DNA of 64,000 nt from the NCBI RefSeq assembly GCF_018977255.1, contig NW_024704742.1, positions 73,410,001-73,474,000 on the forward strand. The letters run 5' to 3'. The stretch comes from Callorhinchus milii (lineage: Eukaryota). How positions within the stretch are numbered: position 1 is the stretch's first letter; each line of letters begins with the position of its first letter. Shown here in pieces: positions 1-12,510 of the stretch. Under the pieces are notes generated by a model, which did not search any database, had not been told where the DNA came from, and saw only the letters and a program-made list of their open reading frames with translations. Position numbers and translations under genes: made by a program.

Positions 1-1270
1 GCCTTGAAGGTGAGAAGGAAGATTTTAAATTCTATCCTCTGAGGGATGGGGAGCCAGTGGAGCCGGGTGAGGGTGGGGGTGATGGGGTCGCTGAGCCTGG
101 TGCTGGAGAGGACATGAGCTGCAGAGTTCTGGATGATCTGCAGCTTGTGGAGGGAAGAGTTGGGGGGGCCGACAAGGAGGGAGTTTCCGTAGTCGAGCCT
201 TGAGGTGACGAATGTGTATATGAGGGTTTCAGTGACCTGAGGGGTGAGACAGTGGTGGAGTTGGGTAATGTCGGGCAGAGGTGGGATAAGGCAGAGCGGG
301 TCATGGCATGGATATAAGAACATAAGGTCATAAGAAATGCTAGATGAAAAAAGACCAAGGTCTATCTAGTTTTGCCTTCTACCTTCTTGGCTGTTGCACC
401 ACATATGTTCCAAACTACCTATGTACTATATCCCATAATGTTATTACCTAAAGAAAACCATCTAATCTGTGTATGGAAGAAATAACACTTGCTGCTTCAA
501 CCATCTCCCTTTGTTCACCATATTTGGATTTCATATTGAGATATGGGGGAGAAAGGACAATTGAGGGTCAAACAAGATGCCCAGGTTCCTGACTGGCTTA
601 GTGAGGTGGAATGTGTATCCATGGATGCTAATGCTGCCAGTGCCTGAGGTGCGGAGGCGCTGGTGTGAGCCAATCAGAAGGGCCTCAGTCTTGCTGACAT
701 TCAGCTGTAGAAAGTTGGTTCTCATCCAGGACTTGATGTCTGACAGGCAGTCTGTCAGGGCATCAGTTGTCCTGGGATCGAGGGAGGAGGCAGAAAGATA
801 GAGTTGGGTGTCATCTACGTACATGTGGAAGTTGACATGTTGACACGTCTGCGGATGATGTCACCGAGGGGGAGCAGGTAGAGGTTAAACAGGAGGGGAC
901 CAAGGACAGAGCCCTGAGAAACACCGCAACAAACTGTGCAGGAGCTGGAAGAGAAACCGTTGGCAGAGACAAATTGGAGACGGTGCGACAGATAAGACCT
1001 GAACCATTCAAGGACAGAATCTTGAACGTTGAGGTGAGAGGAGAGGCGGTGGAGGAGGATGGAGTGGTCCACAGTATCAAAGGCAGCAGGGAGGACGAGG
1101 AGGATGAGGAGACAGAAGATGTCATTTGGAACCTTGACCAGAGTAATTTCCGTACTGTGAGCAGAGCGGAAACCCGATTGGAGGGGCCCGTGAAGGGAGT
1201 GGTAGGAGAGGAATGAGCAAAGTTGGGAAGCAACGACTCTTTCAAGGAACTTGGAAAGAAAAGGGAGGTT
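1..1270 (-). mobile_element. Decayed L2-clade LINE RT region, interrupted at ~314-530 by a CR1-like 3' fragment
   Basis: Minus ORFs read [63 protein letters not shown] (RT motifs) with frameshifts. Confidence 0.9.
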
Positions 1271-1837
1271 GTAATTACTACAAATAATCCCAGGGAATAT
1301 GCAGACCCAGCCTATGTCTACTATCATAAAAGAAAACATTACGCAACATTAATCAATATGACAATATTTATTACATTTCACTTATCCACAGATTCAGGTA
1401 CAATAATGGAGTAAAAGAATGAAGACAGTACATGCCTGAAATTCCATCTAGTCTAAAACTGCTTAAAATATTCATCTTAAAATATAAAATTGCACGGAAT
1501 TATGGAAAGTTCTTAAATACAGTTCTTAATCTGGTTTTCCTCAGTTCTTAAAATGAAACAGCTTCCACATTAAGGTTGAATTTACACATTGTCCACAATT
1601 TATTGTCATCTTAAAGTTTAAAACAGAATGGCCTTCAGGTGAAGATTATATGGTATTTGGGGCCTTATCAGTTCATAAAGGTGGAAGCTAAGCAGATATT
1701 GATTGTGAATAGCAGATACCTTTTTCATACGACAAACCTTTTGAAACACTTCATCAAGATGAGGCAGATTGCTAAGAAAGTTATAAAGGAAAGAGAATTT
1801 GAGGATCTTACCAAAGGAATGGTTAAAGAGGTATAAA

Positions 1838-1935
1838 CACAGAATTCGCTGGGAACACACTGCAGGTCAGGCGCATCTATGGAGAAAGGAAAATGAGTTA
1901 ACCTTTCAGGTCAATGACCTTTCGTCAGTTCTGAC
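1838..1935 (-). mobile_element. Penelope-like element terminal repeat fragment
   Basis: gcaggtcaggcgcatctatggagaaaggaaaatgagttaacctttcaggtcaatgacctttcgtcag; homologous to 6680-6780; resembles chondrichthyan Penelope-like termini (recalled, not searched). Confidence 0.65.
1895..1928 (-). ncRNA. Minimal hammerhead-ribozyme-like motif, probably degenerate
   Basis: Minus strand: CTGACGA-A-AGGTC-ATT-GACCT-GAAA-GG-TTA-ACTC, i.e. CUGANGA core, 5-bp stem II, GAAA, UH site. Confidence 0.55.
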
Positions 1936-3786
1936 TGACCTTACTCCCAAACCCAAATAAGGACTCCTAACCATTAAAAGGCAGCACAGTGCTGATTCCT
2001 TACATCATGACCTCCTGGGCAAGTCAATCGTCCAAATTTCTGAGCCTGGTGTCCAAGGGCACAAAGTCTGTATTTCCAGTTTCTCCCCTTCTCTTTTGTG
2101 AGGGCGGAATCAAACTCCTTGGATTGGAACCCAAGACATCCCAATCCCAGCCAATAGAGAACTGAAGACAAAGCATTTCTGGCAGTAGCTCTGTACCCCA
2201 CGAATAAATCATGGGAAGTTTCTGACCATGATTATGGTCTATTTATACTGATTGCTAAAAATAGCCAAATCCGTTCACTGTGTCTTTATAATTATATTTT
2301 CGTAATATAGACCACAAAGGAATTTTTTGTCTTCTTACATGTTAATGCATCAACAGGCACTGAAGAGTCTCTTACTACAAAATTAGATCCTAAACTTTAG
2401 CAGTGGATTGAGTATGGCTGCCTCCATCTCACAGAACACCAATTGAGCATTGCTACTGTATTCTTTCTGGGTATTGAAATTATTTTGATTGGTTGAATTG
2501 TTGCTGCAGAAATGTCACGGCTGAAATACAGTTGCTTCAAAACTTTGCAGAATTGTTGGAAATGGGTCTGAGTGCCTTTGGAGGGTACAATGCTGTCCAC
2601 CAATTATCTGACATGTTTAGTTAAAAATACATTGTAAATCCTGTACAACACTTTGAGATGTTTTGACAATGTGATAAAGTTTTATATCAAATGCATGGAT
2701 TATTAATACTATTATATGAATACAGTTGTGCATCTCACCTTAGCCTTTGCGGTGCTGTAAACAGCCTCACAGATCATTTAATCTTCCCCAGTGGGTCTAC
2801 AGTGAGCTCATTTCTGTGCATCTTGAACTCAAAAATATCTATTGACCATCTTTTCAGAGTAATGTCCTCGAACGTAGGGTCAAAGGTCATATCCCCTTCC
2901 AAAGGTGTTGCTACTTATGCCCACATTAAACAGAATTGTGAGAAGCTAATGGATTTACCATTTAACTGTTATCAGATAAAGCCATTCAAATTGCTTTACT
3001 TCTCCTGGAAATGGGTTACAATTCATTTCAACGTGTCATAAATTTCACTTCTTCCCTCCATTAATATCTCACTACAACTACTCCAATATCTCCTGATTCA
3101 TTCTGTGGTACCTTTTTAAGGTTATTTGATGTCCTAAAGCGCATTCTTTTTTCCAGACACTGAGTGCAAGACTCATTCACTTAATATGTGAACTGCAGAC
3201 AAAGGCCTACTCCACACAAAGGAATCCTTTGTTATCATTAATTTTACTGTCAACCTTGTAAGTATCTTCAAGCCTCATGTAAGGATAATTAAAGATAATT
3301 AAAATCTTCCTTGCAAAGCTATTCTCTGCGTTTTACCGAGCCATAAAATTCCATGCAGCAACTGCCCTTGAATGTCAGAATCCAACAATCTCATTGATGC
3401 TCCTCTTTGTTTCTGAATTATTCCACTTAAACACAACTGCACAAGAGCTGTAACAGTTGATACAGCAATTGTAAAACATCCTCCCTCAATCTGTTAAATG
3501 CTCAAAGCTATTTCTGTATGTGTGGCCTAAATTAAATCTTTTCGCACCTTTCATGCAACCATAGATCAGGACCAAATGCATGAAGGACTCTTCATATCGG
3601 AAACCAGTGAACTTTATCAGTGCTGATGCACACAAAGCCATCAATCATCACTTAGCACTTTTAAAAAACAATAAAATCCATAGTCAAGTTCACCAACAGT
3701 CACAGTAGTGTCAGGATTCCAGTTCGTTGTCCAGATAACACTATTGCTACTTCCTTGCTGAAATAGCAACCCTTAACTCCTTTACT

Positions 3787-5100
3787 ACATGCTCCCCCTT
3801 GGTGATATCATCCGTAGACATGGGGTAAATTTCCACATGTATGCGGATGACACCCAAGTCTATCTCTCTGCCTCCACCCTCAACTCGAGGATGACTGGCG
3901 TCCTGACTGACTGCCTGTCCAACATCAAGTCCTGGACGAGGGACAACTTTCTCCAACTCAACGTCAGCAAGACCGAGGCCCCGCTGATTGGCTTGCGCCA
4001 GCGCCTCCACACCTCAGGCGCTGGCAGCATCAGCCTCCACGGCTGCACCCTCAACCTCACTAAGCCAGTCAGGAACCTAGGTGTCTTCTTTGACCCTGAA
4101 CTGTCCTTTCTCCCCCACATCCACGCCATGACCGGCACTGCCTACCACCACCTCCTCAACATTATAATAATAATAATAATCCTTGCATTTGATATAGCGC
4201 TTTTCACGTCAGGAGGACGTCCCAAAGCGGTTCACAGAACACACTGTAAAGTGAATTGACTGTATATTTGTGGGCGAACGCGGCAGCGAATTGCACACAG
4301 TAATGTCCCACAAACAGTCGTAGATTGAAAATGACCAATTTATTATTGTTTTTGGTTTTGGAGGGATTATTATTAGGCTGTGTGTGGAGTAAGGAAACTT
4401 GCCCAAGGTTTCACCCTGCCTGGAATTGAACTCAGGTCTCTTGCTTGCAAAGCGAGTGCTCTAACCACTGAGCTACAGCTACAGGACTCCACATTGCCAG
4501 ACTCCACCACTGCCTCACCCCTCAGGCTGCCAAAACCCTCACCCATACATTGATCACATCAAGGCTCGATTATGGAAACTCGCTCCTCATCGGCCTTCCC
4601 AACTCTTCCCTTCACAAGCTGCAGATCATCCAAAACTCTGCAGCTTGTGTACCCTCGTGCACCAGGCTCCGTGACACCATGACTCCCACCCTCGCCCGAC
4701 TCCACTGGCTCCCATCCCTCAGAGGATCGAATTCAAGCTCCTCGTTCTCACTTTCAAGACCATCCATGGCCTTGCCCCCTCCTACGTCTCTGACCTGCTG
4801 ACTCGCTACCAACCTGCCCACTCCCTCCGTTAAGTGGGCTCCGGTCTGCTCCATGTCTCACACCCAACCTGCCCTACCATTGGTGGCCGAGCTTTCAGCC
4901 TCTCTGCCCCCACACTCTGGAACTCCATCCGACAGTCCCTTCACCTCGCTTCCTCCCTTGCCTCCTTCAAGGCCGGTTTCAAGACCCTCCTCTTCAATCG
5001 TGCCTTCAGTCGCCCTCCCACCTCTCTGCCTTCCCTCACCCCTACACCACCCCTCCTCCATGTTCGGGTGTCCTAAGGAGTGGGACAGTGTAAAGCATTC
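3787..5100 (+). mobile_element. 5'-truncated L2 LINE (RT C-terminus and 3' UTR), split by a SINE
   Basis: [25 protein letters not shown]...[13 protein letters not shown], resumes after 4490 as [12 protein letters not shown]...LHWLP. Confidence 0.92.
4164..4490 (-). mobile_element. Full-length tRNA-derived SINE (short subtype) nested in L2
   Basis: Reverse-complemented A box and B box, (ATT)n tail; ACATT repeated at 4159-4163 and 4491-4495 (TSD). Confidence 0.92.
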
Positions 5101-6660
5101 CAGACCCGAGCTGGGGTCAGGGAGGGAGAACAGAGGGGAGGAGAAGGGGAGTGACCGATAGCATGGTTGAAGAGGAGGGTTTTGAGGCAGGACTTGAAGG
5201 AGGTTAAGGAGGGGGTGAGGCAGAGTAATTGGGGGATGGAATTCCAGAGGTTGGGGGCAAAGTGGCTGAAGGCTTTCCCACCAATGGTGGGGCGGGTGGG
5301 TTGGGGGACGTGGAGCAGGCCATAGCCGGCTGAGCGGAGGGAACAGGCGGGTTGGTAGTGGATTAGGTCGCAGATGTAAGGTGGGGTGATGCCATGGAGG
5401 GCTTTGTAGGTGAGGACCAGGATCTTGAACTGGATCCTTTGAAGGATAGGGAGCCAATGGAGTCGGGCGAGAATGGGAGAGATGGGAGCATGGAGTTTAG
5501 TCCGGAAGAGGACATGGGCTGCAGAGTTCTGGATTGTCTGCAGCGTGTGGAGGGAAGAATTGGGAAGGCCGACAAGCAGGGGGTTTTCATAGTCAAGCCT
5601 GGATGTGATGAAGGCATGAACAAGAGTTTCAGTGGCCTGAGGGGTGAGGTAGTGGTAGAGTCAGGCAATGTTACAGAGGTGAGGGAAAGCAGAGCGGGTC
5701 ATGGCTTGGATGTGGTGAAGAAAAGACAGTTGAGGGTCGAACAAGACACCTCGGTTCCTGACTGGCGGTGATTTGAAGTGTGCAACCATTGAGGTTGATG
5801 TTGCAAGAGCCTGAGGTGCTGAGGCGCTGGCACGAGCCAATCAGGAGGGCCTCAGTCTTGTTCACATTCAACTGTAGGAATTTTGTCCTCATCCAGGACT
5901 TGATGTCCGACAGGCAGTCTGTCAGCACAGCAGTGGTCCTGGAGTTGAGGGAGGAGGCAGAAAGATAGAGTTGGGTGTCATCCAGATACATATGGAAGTT
6001 GACCCCATGTCCCTGGATGATGTCACCAAGGGGGAGCATGTAGATATTAAAGAGGAGAGGGCCAAGGACAGAGTCCTGGGGGACGCCAGACGTGACAGTG
6101 CGGGGGCTGGAGGAGAAACCGTTAGGGGCAACAAAGTGGAGATGGTGAAAGAGATAGGAATCGATCCAGGCAAGGGCAGGTCTGTGAAGATTAAGTAAAG
6201 AGGAGAGGCGGTGTATGGGGAGGGAGTGGTCGACAGTGTCGAAGGCGGCAGAGAGGTCGAGGAGGACAAGGAGGCAGAGGGAGCCCTGATCACAGATGTT
6301 CAGAATGTCATTAGTGACTTTGACCAGTGTTGTTTCCGTGCTGTGGGCAGTGCAGAAGCCAGATTGGAGGGGTTCAAAGAGGGAATGGCGAGAAAGAAAG
6401 GAGCAGAGCTGGGATGCGACGACTCGTTCCAGGACCTTGGAGAGGAATGGGAGGTTAAAGATGGGGCGGTAGCTGGAGAAGAGAGATGGGTCCATGGAAG
6501 TTTTTTTCAGGATGGGGATGATGACGGCTGTTTTTGGGGAGGGAACTGAACTGGTGGACAAGGAGAGGTTCATGACATTGGACAGGAGAGGGGCCAGAAA
6601 GTGGAGCTGTGAGATGAGGAGAGAGGTGAGGATGGGATTGAGGGAGAGGGTGGTGGGTTT
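5101..6660 (-). mobile_element. L2 LINE fragment with most of the RT domain, tail-to-tail with the previous copy
   Basis: ORF 5671..6720: [52 protein letters not shown]; frameshifted downstream. Confidence 0.93.
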
Positions 6661-6679
6661 GAGTTTGCGGACAAACCAA

Positions 6680-7030
6680 AAACAGAGAGAGCTGGAAAAA
6701 CTCAGCAGGTCAGGCAGCATCTATGGAGAAAGGAAAGTGAGTCAACGTTTTGGGTCCACAACCCTTTGTCAGAACTGGGGCATGTTGGGAGGGAAAGGTT
6801 TTTATGGACAAGTTGAGAGGGGGAGGCAGGGCAAAGAAGACAAAGAAGACAAAAAAGAAGATAAAGGAGAGATTGTGTTAGTTGATGGGTTAAAGAGGTG
6901 ATAGTGGCGTAAAACAAAAGGGGGGTTTATAAAACAAAAATGGGGGTGGGTTGAAACAAAACTGGGCAGAAGAGGTGTTAATAGTGCAGAACAGGCAACA
7001 CACCAGTGAGAGCCAAAGAGTGTCTGTGGT
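6680..7030 (-). mobile_element. Penelope-like element terminal fragment (second copy)
   Basis: gctggaaaaactcagcaggtcaggcagcatctatggagaaagg...aacgttttgggtccacaaccctttgtcagaact, then a purine-rich tract; CpG-decayed hammerhead-like core on the minus strand. Confidence 0.6.
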
Positions 7031-7235
7031 GATGATTGTAATAAAATTAATGCTTTTATTTCACATCTTTCAGCACACTGAGATAAGACAGATTTTAATG
7101 ACAGGACAGAATATACAAGGGAAAGATAAATTAACTAAATAGGAACTGAATTAGAAATTCCTTATAACCGGAACTTGAAACGATTTACAAAATTTAGAAT
7201 CCAGTTATTGTGTATGCAGCTTGTGTTGTGGATAC

Positions 7236-7629
7236 AATAATAAATAACAATCTTTACATTTGATATAGCGCCTATCACATCTTCGAGACGCCTCAAAGCA
7301 CTTCACAGAATATATGGTAAAGTGAATTGACTGTGTATTTTGTGGGCGAAATGCAGCAGTCAATTGCGCACAGCAGTATCCCACAAACAGTCGTGGATTG
7401 AGTGACCAAATGATTAGTTTTATCATTTTTTTTTGAAGGGATTATCACCCCCGGAAAAATGATCCACCAATCAACTAACAACCATGTTCCTACTTACTGC
7501 TAGGTAAACAGAGGCGTGTGGATGAAGGAAACTAGCCCAACATTTCGCTCTGCCCAGGAATCAAACCTAGGTTCTCTCATTTGCGAGATGAGTGCTCTAA
7601 CCACTAAGCTACAAGAGTCCGTGGACTCC
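7236..7629 (-). mobile_element. tRNA-derived SINE (long subtype)
   Basis: Same head, body and tail as other copies plus the internal block tgtttacctagcagtaagtaggaac... Confidence 0.88.
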
Positions 7630-7649
7630 ATGAGAAGTTGTTAACCGTG

Positions 7650-7940
7650 TCATGATCCTTTCTGCCTTCGACACCTCCACAACATCGTTCGGCCTTCCCA
7701 CTGCTACACCCCTCAGGCCGCCGAGACCCTCATTCACGCATTCAGCACATCCAGTCTCAACTATTCTAACTCCCTGCTTTCAGTCTTCTCAACTGTTCCC
7801 TCCACAAGCTGCAGATCATTCAGAACTCTGCAGCTCATGTCCTCTCCCGCATCAAGTTCTGTGACCCTATCACCCCCACACTCGCCTGGCTCCACGAGCT
7901 CCCCATTCCCCAGAGAATAGAGTTCAAAATCCTTGTCCTT
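7650..7940 (+). mobile_element. Decayed L2 3' coding fragment
   Basis: ctccacaagctgcagatcattcagaactctgcagct...gagttcaaaatccttgtccttaccttcaaa matches other L2 copies. Confidence 0.8.
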
Positions 7941-8144
7941 ACCTTCAAAACCCTCCACCGATTAAACGGTTCTTTGGGTGAGATATCAAATCAAGGACCT
8001 GCCCATATGTTTCTAGATAGATCCTAAGATCCCATGATATTATTCAAAAGAGAAAGGAGTCTTGACTTGTATTGTGGCCAAGAATTATAGATTCATAGAA
8101 GATACATCTCAGAAACAGGCCATTTGTCCCATCCAGTCCAGATG

Positions 8145-9510
8145 ATATACTACCGTCCCATTTCCAACCTATCTTTCCTTGCCAAAGTCCTGAAACGCAT
8201 TGTTACAGGTCAACTTCGTCACACGTCTCCCTCCACTCCCTCCTCGAGCCCCTGCTGTCTGGTTTTCGCCCCAACCACAGCACAGAGAGTGCTTATCAAA
8301 ATCATAAACGACATCCTCTCTATCTGTGACTAGGGCTTGCTCTACCTCCTTGTCCTCCTGGATCTCTCTGCTGCGTTCAGCACAGTCAACCATGGCATCT
8401 TCCTCCAATGCCTCTCCTCCTTCATCTACCTTAGTGGGACCGTGCTCGCATGGTTCGAGTCCTTCTTAACCAACCGCCTCCACTTTATCTTGGCAAATGG
8501 TTTCTCCTCTCACCCACACCTGTCACCTGTGGGTACCCCATGGCTCCATCTTTGGCCCTCTTCTTTTCCTCACATATGTGACGTCCTGTAGCTCAGTGGT
8601 TAGAGCACTCACCTTGCATGCAATTCCCGGCAGGGCAAAACCTTAGGCAAGTTTCCTTACTCCACACTCCTGATAATAACCCCTCAAGAAAAAAAGATGC
8701 AGATGACACACAATTCTACTTTGCCTCCTCCAGTATCAACATCAGGTCCTCCGATGTTCTATCAACTTGTCTGGCAGACAAGTCAGGGCCTGGATGATTT
8801 AAGCTTCCTGCAGCTGAATATGGACAAGATGAAAGCCATACTCCTTGGCTCCCATCAACATCTGCACTCCAGCAGATCTGAACTCCTCAACCTACCTGGA
8901 CGCTCCCTCAGACTCACCGAACTGGTCTGCAATCTAGACGTCCGGTTCGACCCCCAGCTGTCCTTCCGCCCCCACATACATTTCCTGACTAAGACCATCT
9001 TCCTCCACCTCCGCCACATTTCCCGCCTCGACTGCATTTACTCCAAATGTACCCCAAACCCTCGGGCACACTATTGTCACCTTCCACCTTGATTACTCAA
9101 ACATGCTCCTCGCCAGTCTCCCCAGCTTCACTATTCAAAACCTCCAGCTCATTCAGAACTCTGCTGCTCACATACTTTCCCAGAGCAAACTCCATATCTA
9201 CATCTCACCAATTCTGACCAGGCTCCACTGGCTCCCCATCACCAAACGGATCGACTTCCAGATTCTTGCACTCATGTTCAAATCCCTTCACTCTTTGTCC
9301 AACCTGAAAACCTTCTTTTTCGACCGTGCTCATTGTCATCTACCCCCACCACCCCCAGCTTAGAGTCAGGCTCTGTCACTGTTAAATGCTCTGAGACGCT
9401 ACCCTGCCAGCGGCTTGGGAATGTCCTCCTGACATGAAAGGCACTATACAAATGTAATCTTGTTGTTGTTGTTGTGTGGAGGGTATAAGTGCAAGTTGTT
9501 GTTGTTGCCT
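8145..9510 (+). mobile_element. Decayed L2 LINE with a SINE 5' part inserted at ~8582-8695
   Basis: YRPISNLSFLAKVL, LLDLSAAFSTVNH, LQLIQNSAA, LHWLPI; (GTT)n tails; gtcctgtagctcagtggttagagcac head at 8583. Confidence 0.85.
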
Positions 9511-9544
9511 TGTTTAAACTGCACATGAGTGCCTATCTCTTGTC

Positions 9545-10835
9545 CAATATCTCATCTTTTCTCCCATTTCCCTTAACTTTATTCTCTCTTAACCATGGGT
9601 CCAATCCTTTTTATTGAATGTGCCACTGCAACAACTGACTGTGGTAGAGCATTCCACACTCCCATCACTCTCTGCGTGAAAAAGTTCCTCTTAATCTCTG
9701 TTCTGGACCTCCCAGTTCTGATTTTAAATGATGCCCTTTAGTTCCAAATCTTCCAACGATCAGAAATAATCTTTCCTATCCACCCTATCAAACTGCCTGA
9801 AGCAGTGGTTGAATCACGTAGTCTCGATGCATTCAAAGGAAGCTAGATCTTCACATGAGGTAGAGGGCAATAGAAGAGTATGGGAGGGAGTGAAGGAATG
9901 GATGGAGACTCGTGTGGAGTATAAACACCGATGTGCATTTGTTGGGCTGAGTGGCCTGTTTCTGTGCTTTGTAAATAGCTTCTCATTATCTTATATGCCC
10001 CTAGCATATCCCCTCTTAGCCTTCTAAGCTCCAAAGAAAATAGCCCTAGTTTATCAAACCTTTCCCTATAATTGCATTTCTTCATTCCAGGCAACATCCT
10101 AGTGAATCTCCTCTGTAGCACCTCCAGCTTTCTTTATAATGAGGAGCCAAAAACAGCACACAGTATTCCAACTGGGGCTTGACCATCATTATGCATAGAT
10201 TCAACACAATCTCTTTATCTTTATAATCTATTCCCCTAGCTATAAATCCCAAGGCCCCAATTTTTTTTTAATGTCCTGCGTCACTGCCTTCAGTGAACTG
10301 TGAATCTGTTCTCTGAGATCTCTCTCTGTTCTTTTAAGATTTATTTCCTTTAATTTATAGGTTCTTCCTATGATTCCCTCCTGAAATGAACTTTTTTGCC
10401 AGACAGCGATATCAATGGCAAGCTGTGAGGTTTAGCTGGTTAGACTCCAGCAGTACCCCGACAAACACTCTGGGGTCCCCAAGGCTTGGTCTTGCCAACC
10501 TACACTTAATACTTTCTGGAATTGGGTAAGCAGGATGCATCCCGCCAGGGAGAAAGTATGCATTACATTCCAACAATCTATCTCTGGGATTTCCATGTGT
10601 AGGTGAGATGCATGGAATTCTCAGTTTGGTTTGGCTACTCAAACATGGCCATGGAGTTTCTGGCTGACCCTGCCCCCCAAATTAACTTTTTTCCATTGAA
10701 CTTCATCTGCCAAATTTCTGCCCAGTCAGCCACCCTATCAATAACTACCTGTATTTTATTTTGATCCTCCTCAGGATTTACTGATCCCCCTACATCAGTA
10801 TCATCTGCAATCCTCCATATAATGTGATCATTCAC
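9545..10835 (-). mobile_element. CR1-clade LINE 3' remnants, interrupted at ~10395-10680 by an unrelated repeat
   Basis: LQRRFTRMLPGMKKCNYRERFDKLGLFSLELRRLRGDM and ADDT...DWAEIWQMKFN are typical CR1 ORF2 C-terminal motifs. Confidence 0.85.
10395..10680. repeat. Unclassified ~290-bp interspersed repeat
   Basis: Reverse complement aligns by eye with 60835-61130; more diverged relative at ~29900-30100. Confidence 0.75.
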
Positions 10836-11327
10836 CTCAAGGCAATTTGTGGGACCTTGCTGTGTTGCAAAAAGCTTCTGTGTTTGCCATCAAAAGTAGT
10901 CAATAATTTCTTTGACATATTTTGACATGATAAAACTATGACAGCACAAGTTATTTTGTTGTTTTCTTCCTCTATTCCTTTAGCTTTCTAGTACATTAAT
11001 CAATACCGGCAGCTTGGTATTTTATCCCCTTTCCTTACATATGCTGGAATGTAAGAAGTATCAGTACATTGCTCTCTTTTGTTTTCATCATTGTGGCTTG
11101 ATAATGTTTTAAAAGTGTTTGAGATCGTATATCATTATCAAGCCTTTCCCTATAGCTGCATTTCTTCATTTCAGGCAACATCCTTGTGAATCTTCTCTTT
11201 ACCATGTCCATCTTGTCTCATAACAGGAGCCCAGAATATTGCCTTCTTGTTTTAAATTCAACAATATGTAGTTGCTTAAAATTCTACATTATGTACAGTA
11301 GTTGTTACAGTATTTGTGATTCACTGA

Positions 11328-11843
11328 CCTCTGCAGCCCGTGTCCTCTCCTGTACCAGGCTCCTTGACTCTATCAGCCCCATCCTCATCCAGCTCCACTG
11401 GCTCACCATCACTCAGAGGATACAGTTCATGATCCTTGTCCTTACCTTCAAAGCCCTCCACGGCCTCGGTCCTCCCTACGTCTGTGACCTCCTAACCCCC
11501 TACCAACCTGTCTGCTCCCTCCGCTCAGTGGGATCTGGCCTGCTTCATGTCCCCCACCTTGCCCCATCCACCATTGGCAGGTGAGCCTTCAATCTCTGCC
11601 CCCACCCTCTGTAACTCCTTCCCACAGGCCCTCTGCCTTGCCTGCTCTCTTGCTTCCTTCAAGACCCGTGTCAAGACCCTCCTCTTCGACTGTACCTTCA
11701 GTCACACTCCTGCCCCTATCCTCCCCACCTTCTACCCCTCTTGATCCCAACTACCATCTCGGGTGCGAATCCCTGACTGTTCAACGCCTTGGGATGTCTT
11801 CCTGGTATGAAAGGCGCTAAACAAATGTAATTTGTTGTTGTTG
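11328..11843 (+). mobile_element. L2 3' end
   Basis: SAARVLSCTRL...LHWLTITQRIQF; terminal stem-loop remnant and gttgttg tail. Confidence 0.88.
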
Positions 11844-12134
11844 GACAATCTCACCCTTTTTTAAAAAAAACTAATTCATAACTGCAAAGAACTCATTCCC
11901 CAGCACTAGCATCACATGGCATTTATTAGTTTGGAAAAAAAAGGTAAAATAATATTTTTCTAAAATATCTAGTTGCAAAGTATTTCACAGAAATTAAAGC
12001 CTAGACGGTTGCAAGCTAATGTAAATGTTGAGAAAATACCATACACATTCGAAAATGTCACATGAAGCTCAGAAAATGCTTGTATTGGATTTTAATCTGA
12101 TTTTGACCAATATGTGATGAGGGCCAGTACTCAT

Positions 12135-12510
12135 AATAATGCTTGCATTTGATATAGTGCCTTATTGCACCATCAAGATATCTTACAGTGAAATGTATTT
12201 CTTGATAAACAGAGCAGCCACTTTGTACATAGCAATGTTTCACAGGCAGTCATAAAGTGAATGACTAATTTTATAGGGGGGGATTTTTGGCCAGGCCACC
12301 AGGAGAGAGTCCCCTCTCTTTCAAATAGTTTAACAGGATCTTTCACTTTCACCCGATCAGGAACAGGCATTCAAATGTTGGCACTTCCACACACCCCAAC
12401 CACTGCACTGCAGTGCCAGCCTGGCTCTGAGCTGGAATTCCTAACAAGGAGCTTAAACCCACAACCTCTGACTCTGAGGCGAGAGTACACCATCGTGCCG
12501 AGCTGACACA
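12135..12510 (-). mobile_element. Older Deu-domain-type SINE
   Basis: cccacaacctctgactctgaggcgagag head, ctctttcaaatagt...ggatcttt core, L2-like tail; related copies at 22850-23030, 32515-32960, 36180-36585, 59725-60085. Confidence 0.65.

Noticed and set aside
11020..11065. tggaatgtaagaagtat resembles miR-1/miR-206 and sits in a small hairpin
   Set aside because: One base short of miR-1, its 3' end diverges, and the 5' end of the would-be mature sequence falls in an 8-nt loop of a ~10-bp stem; not pre-miRNA geometry
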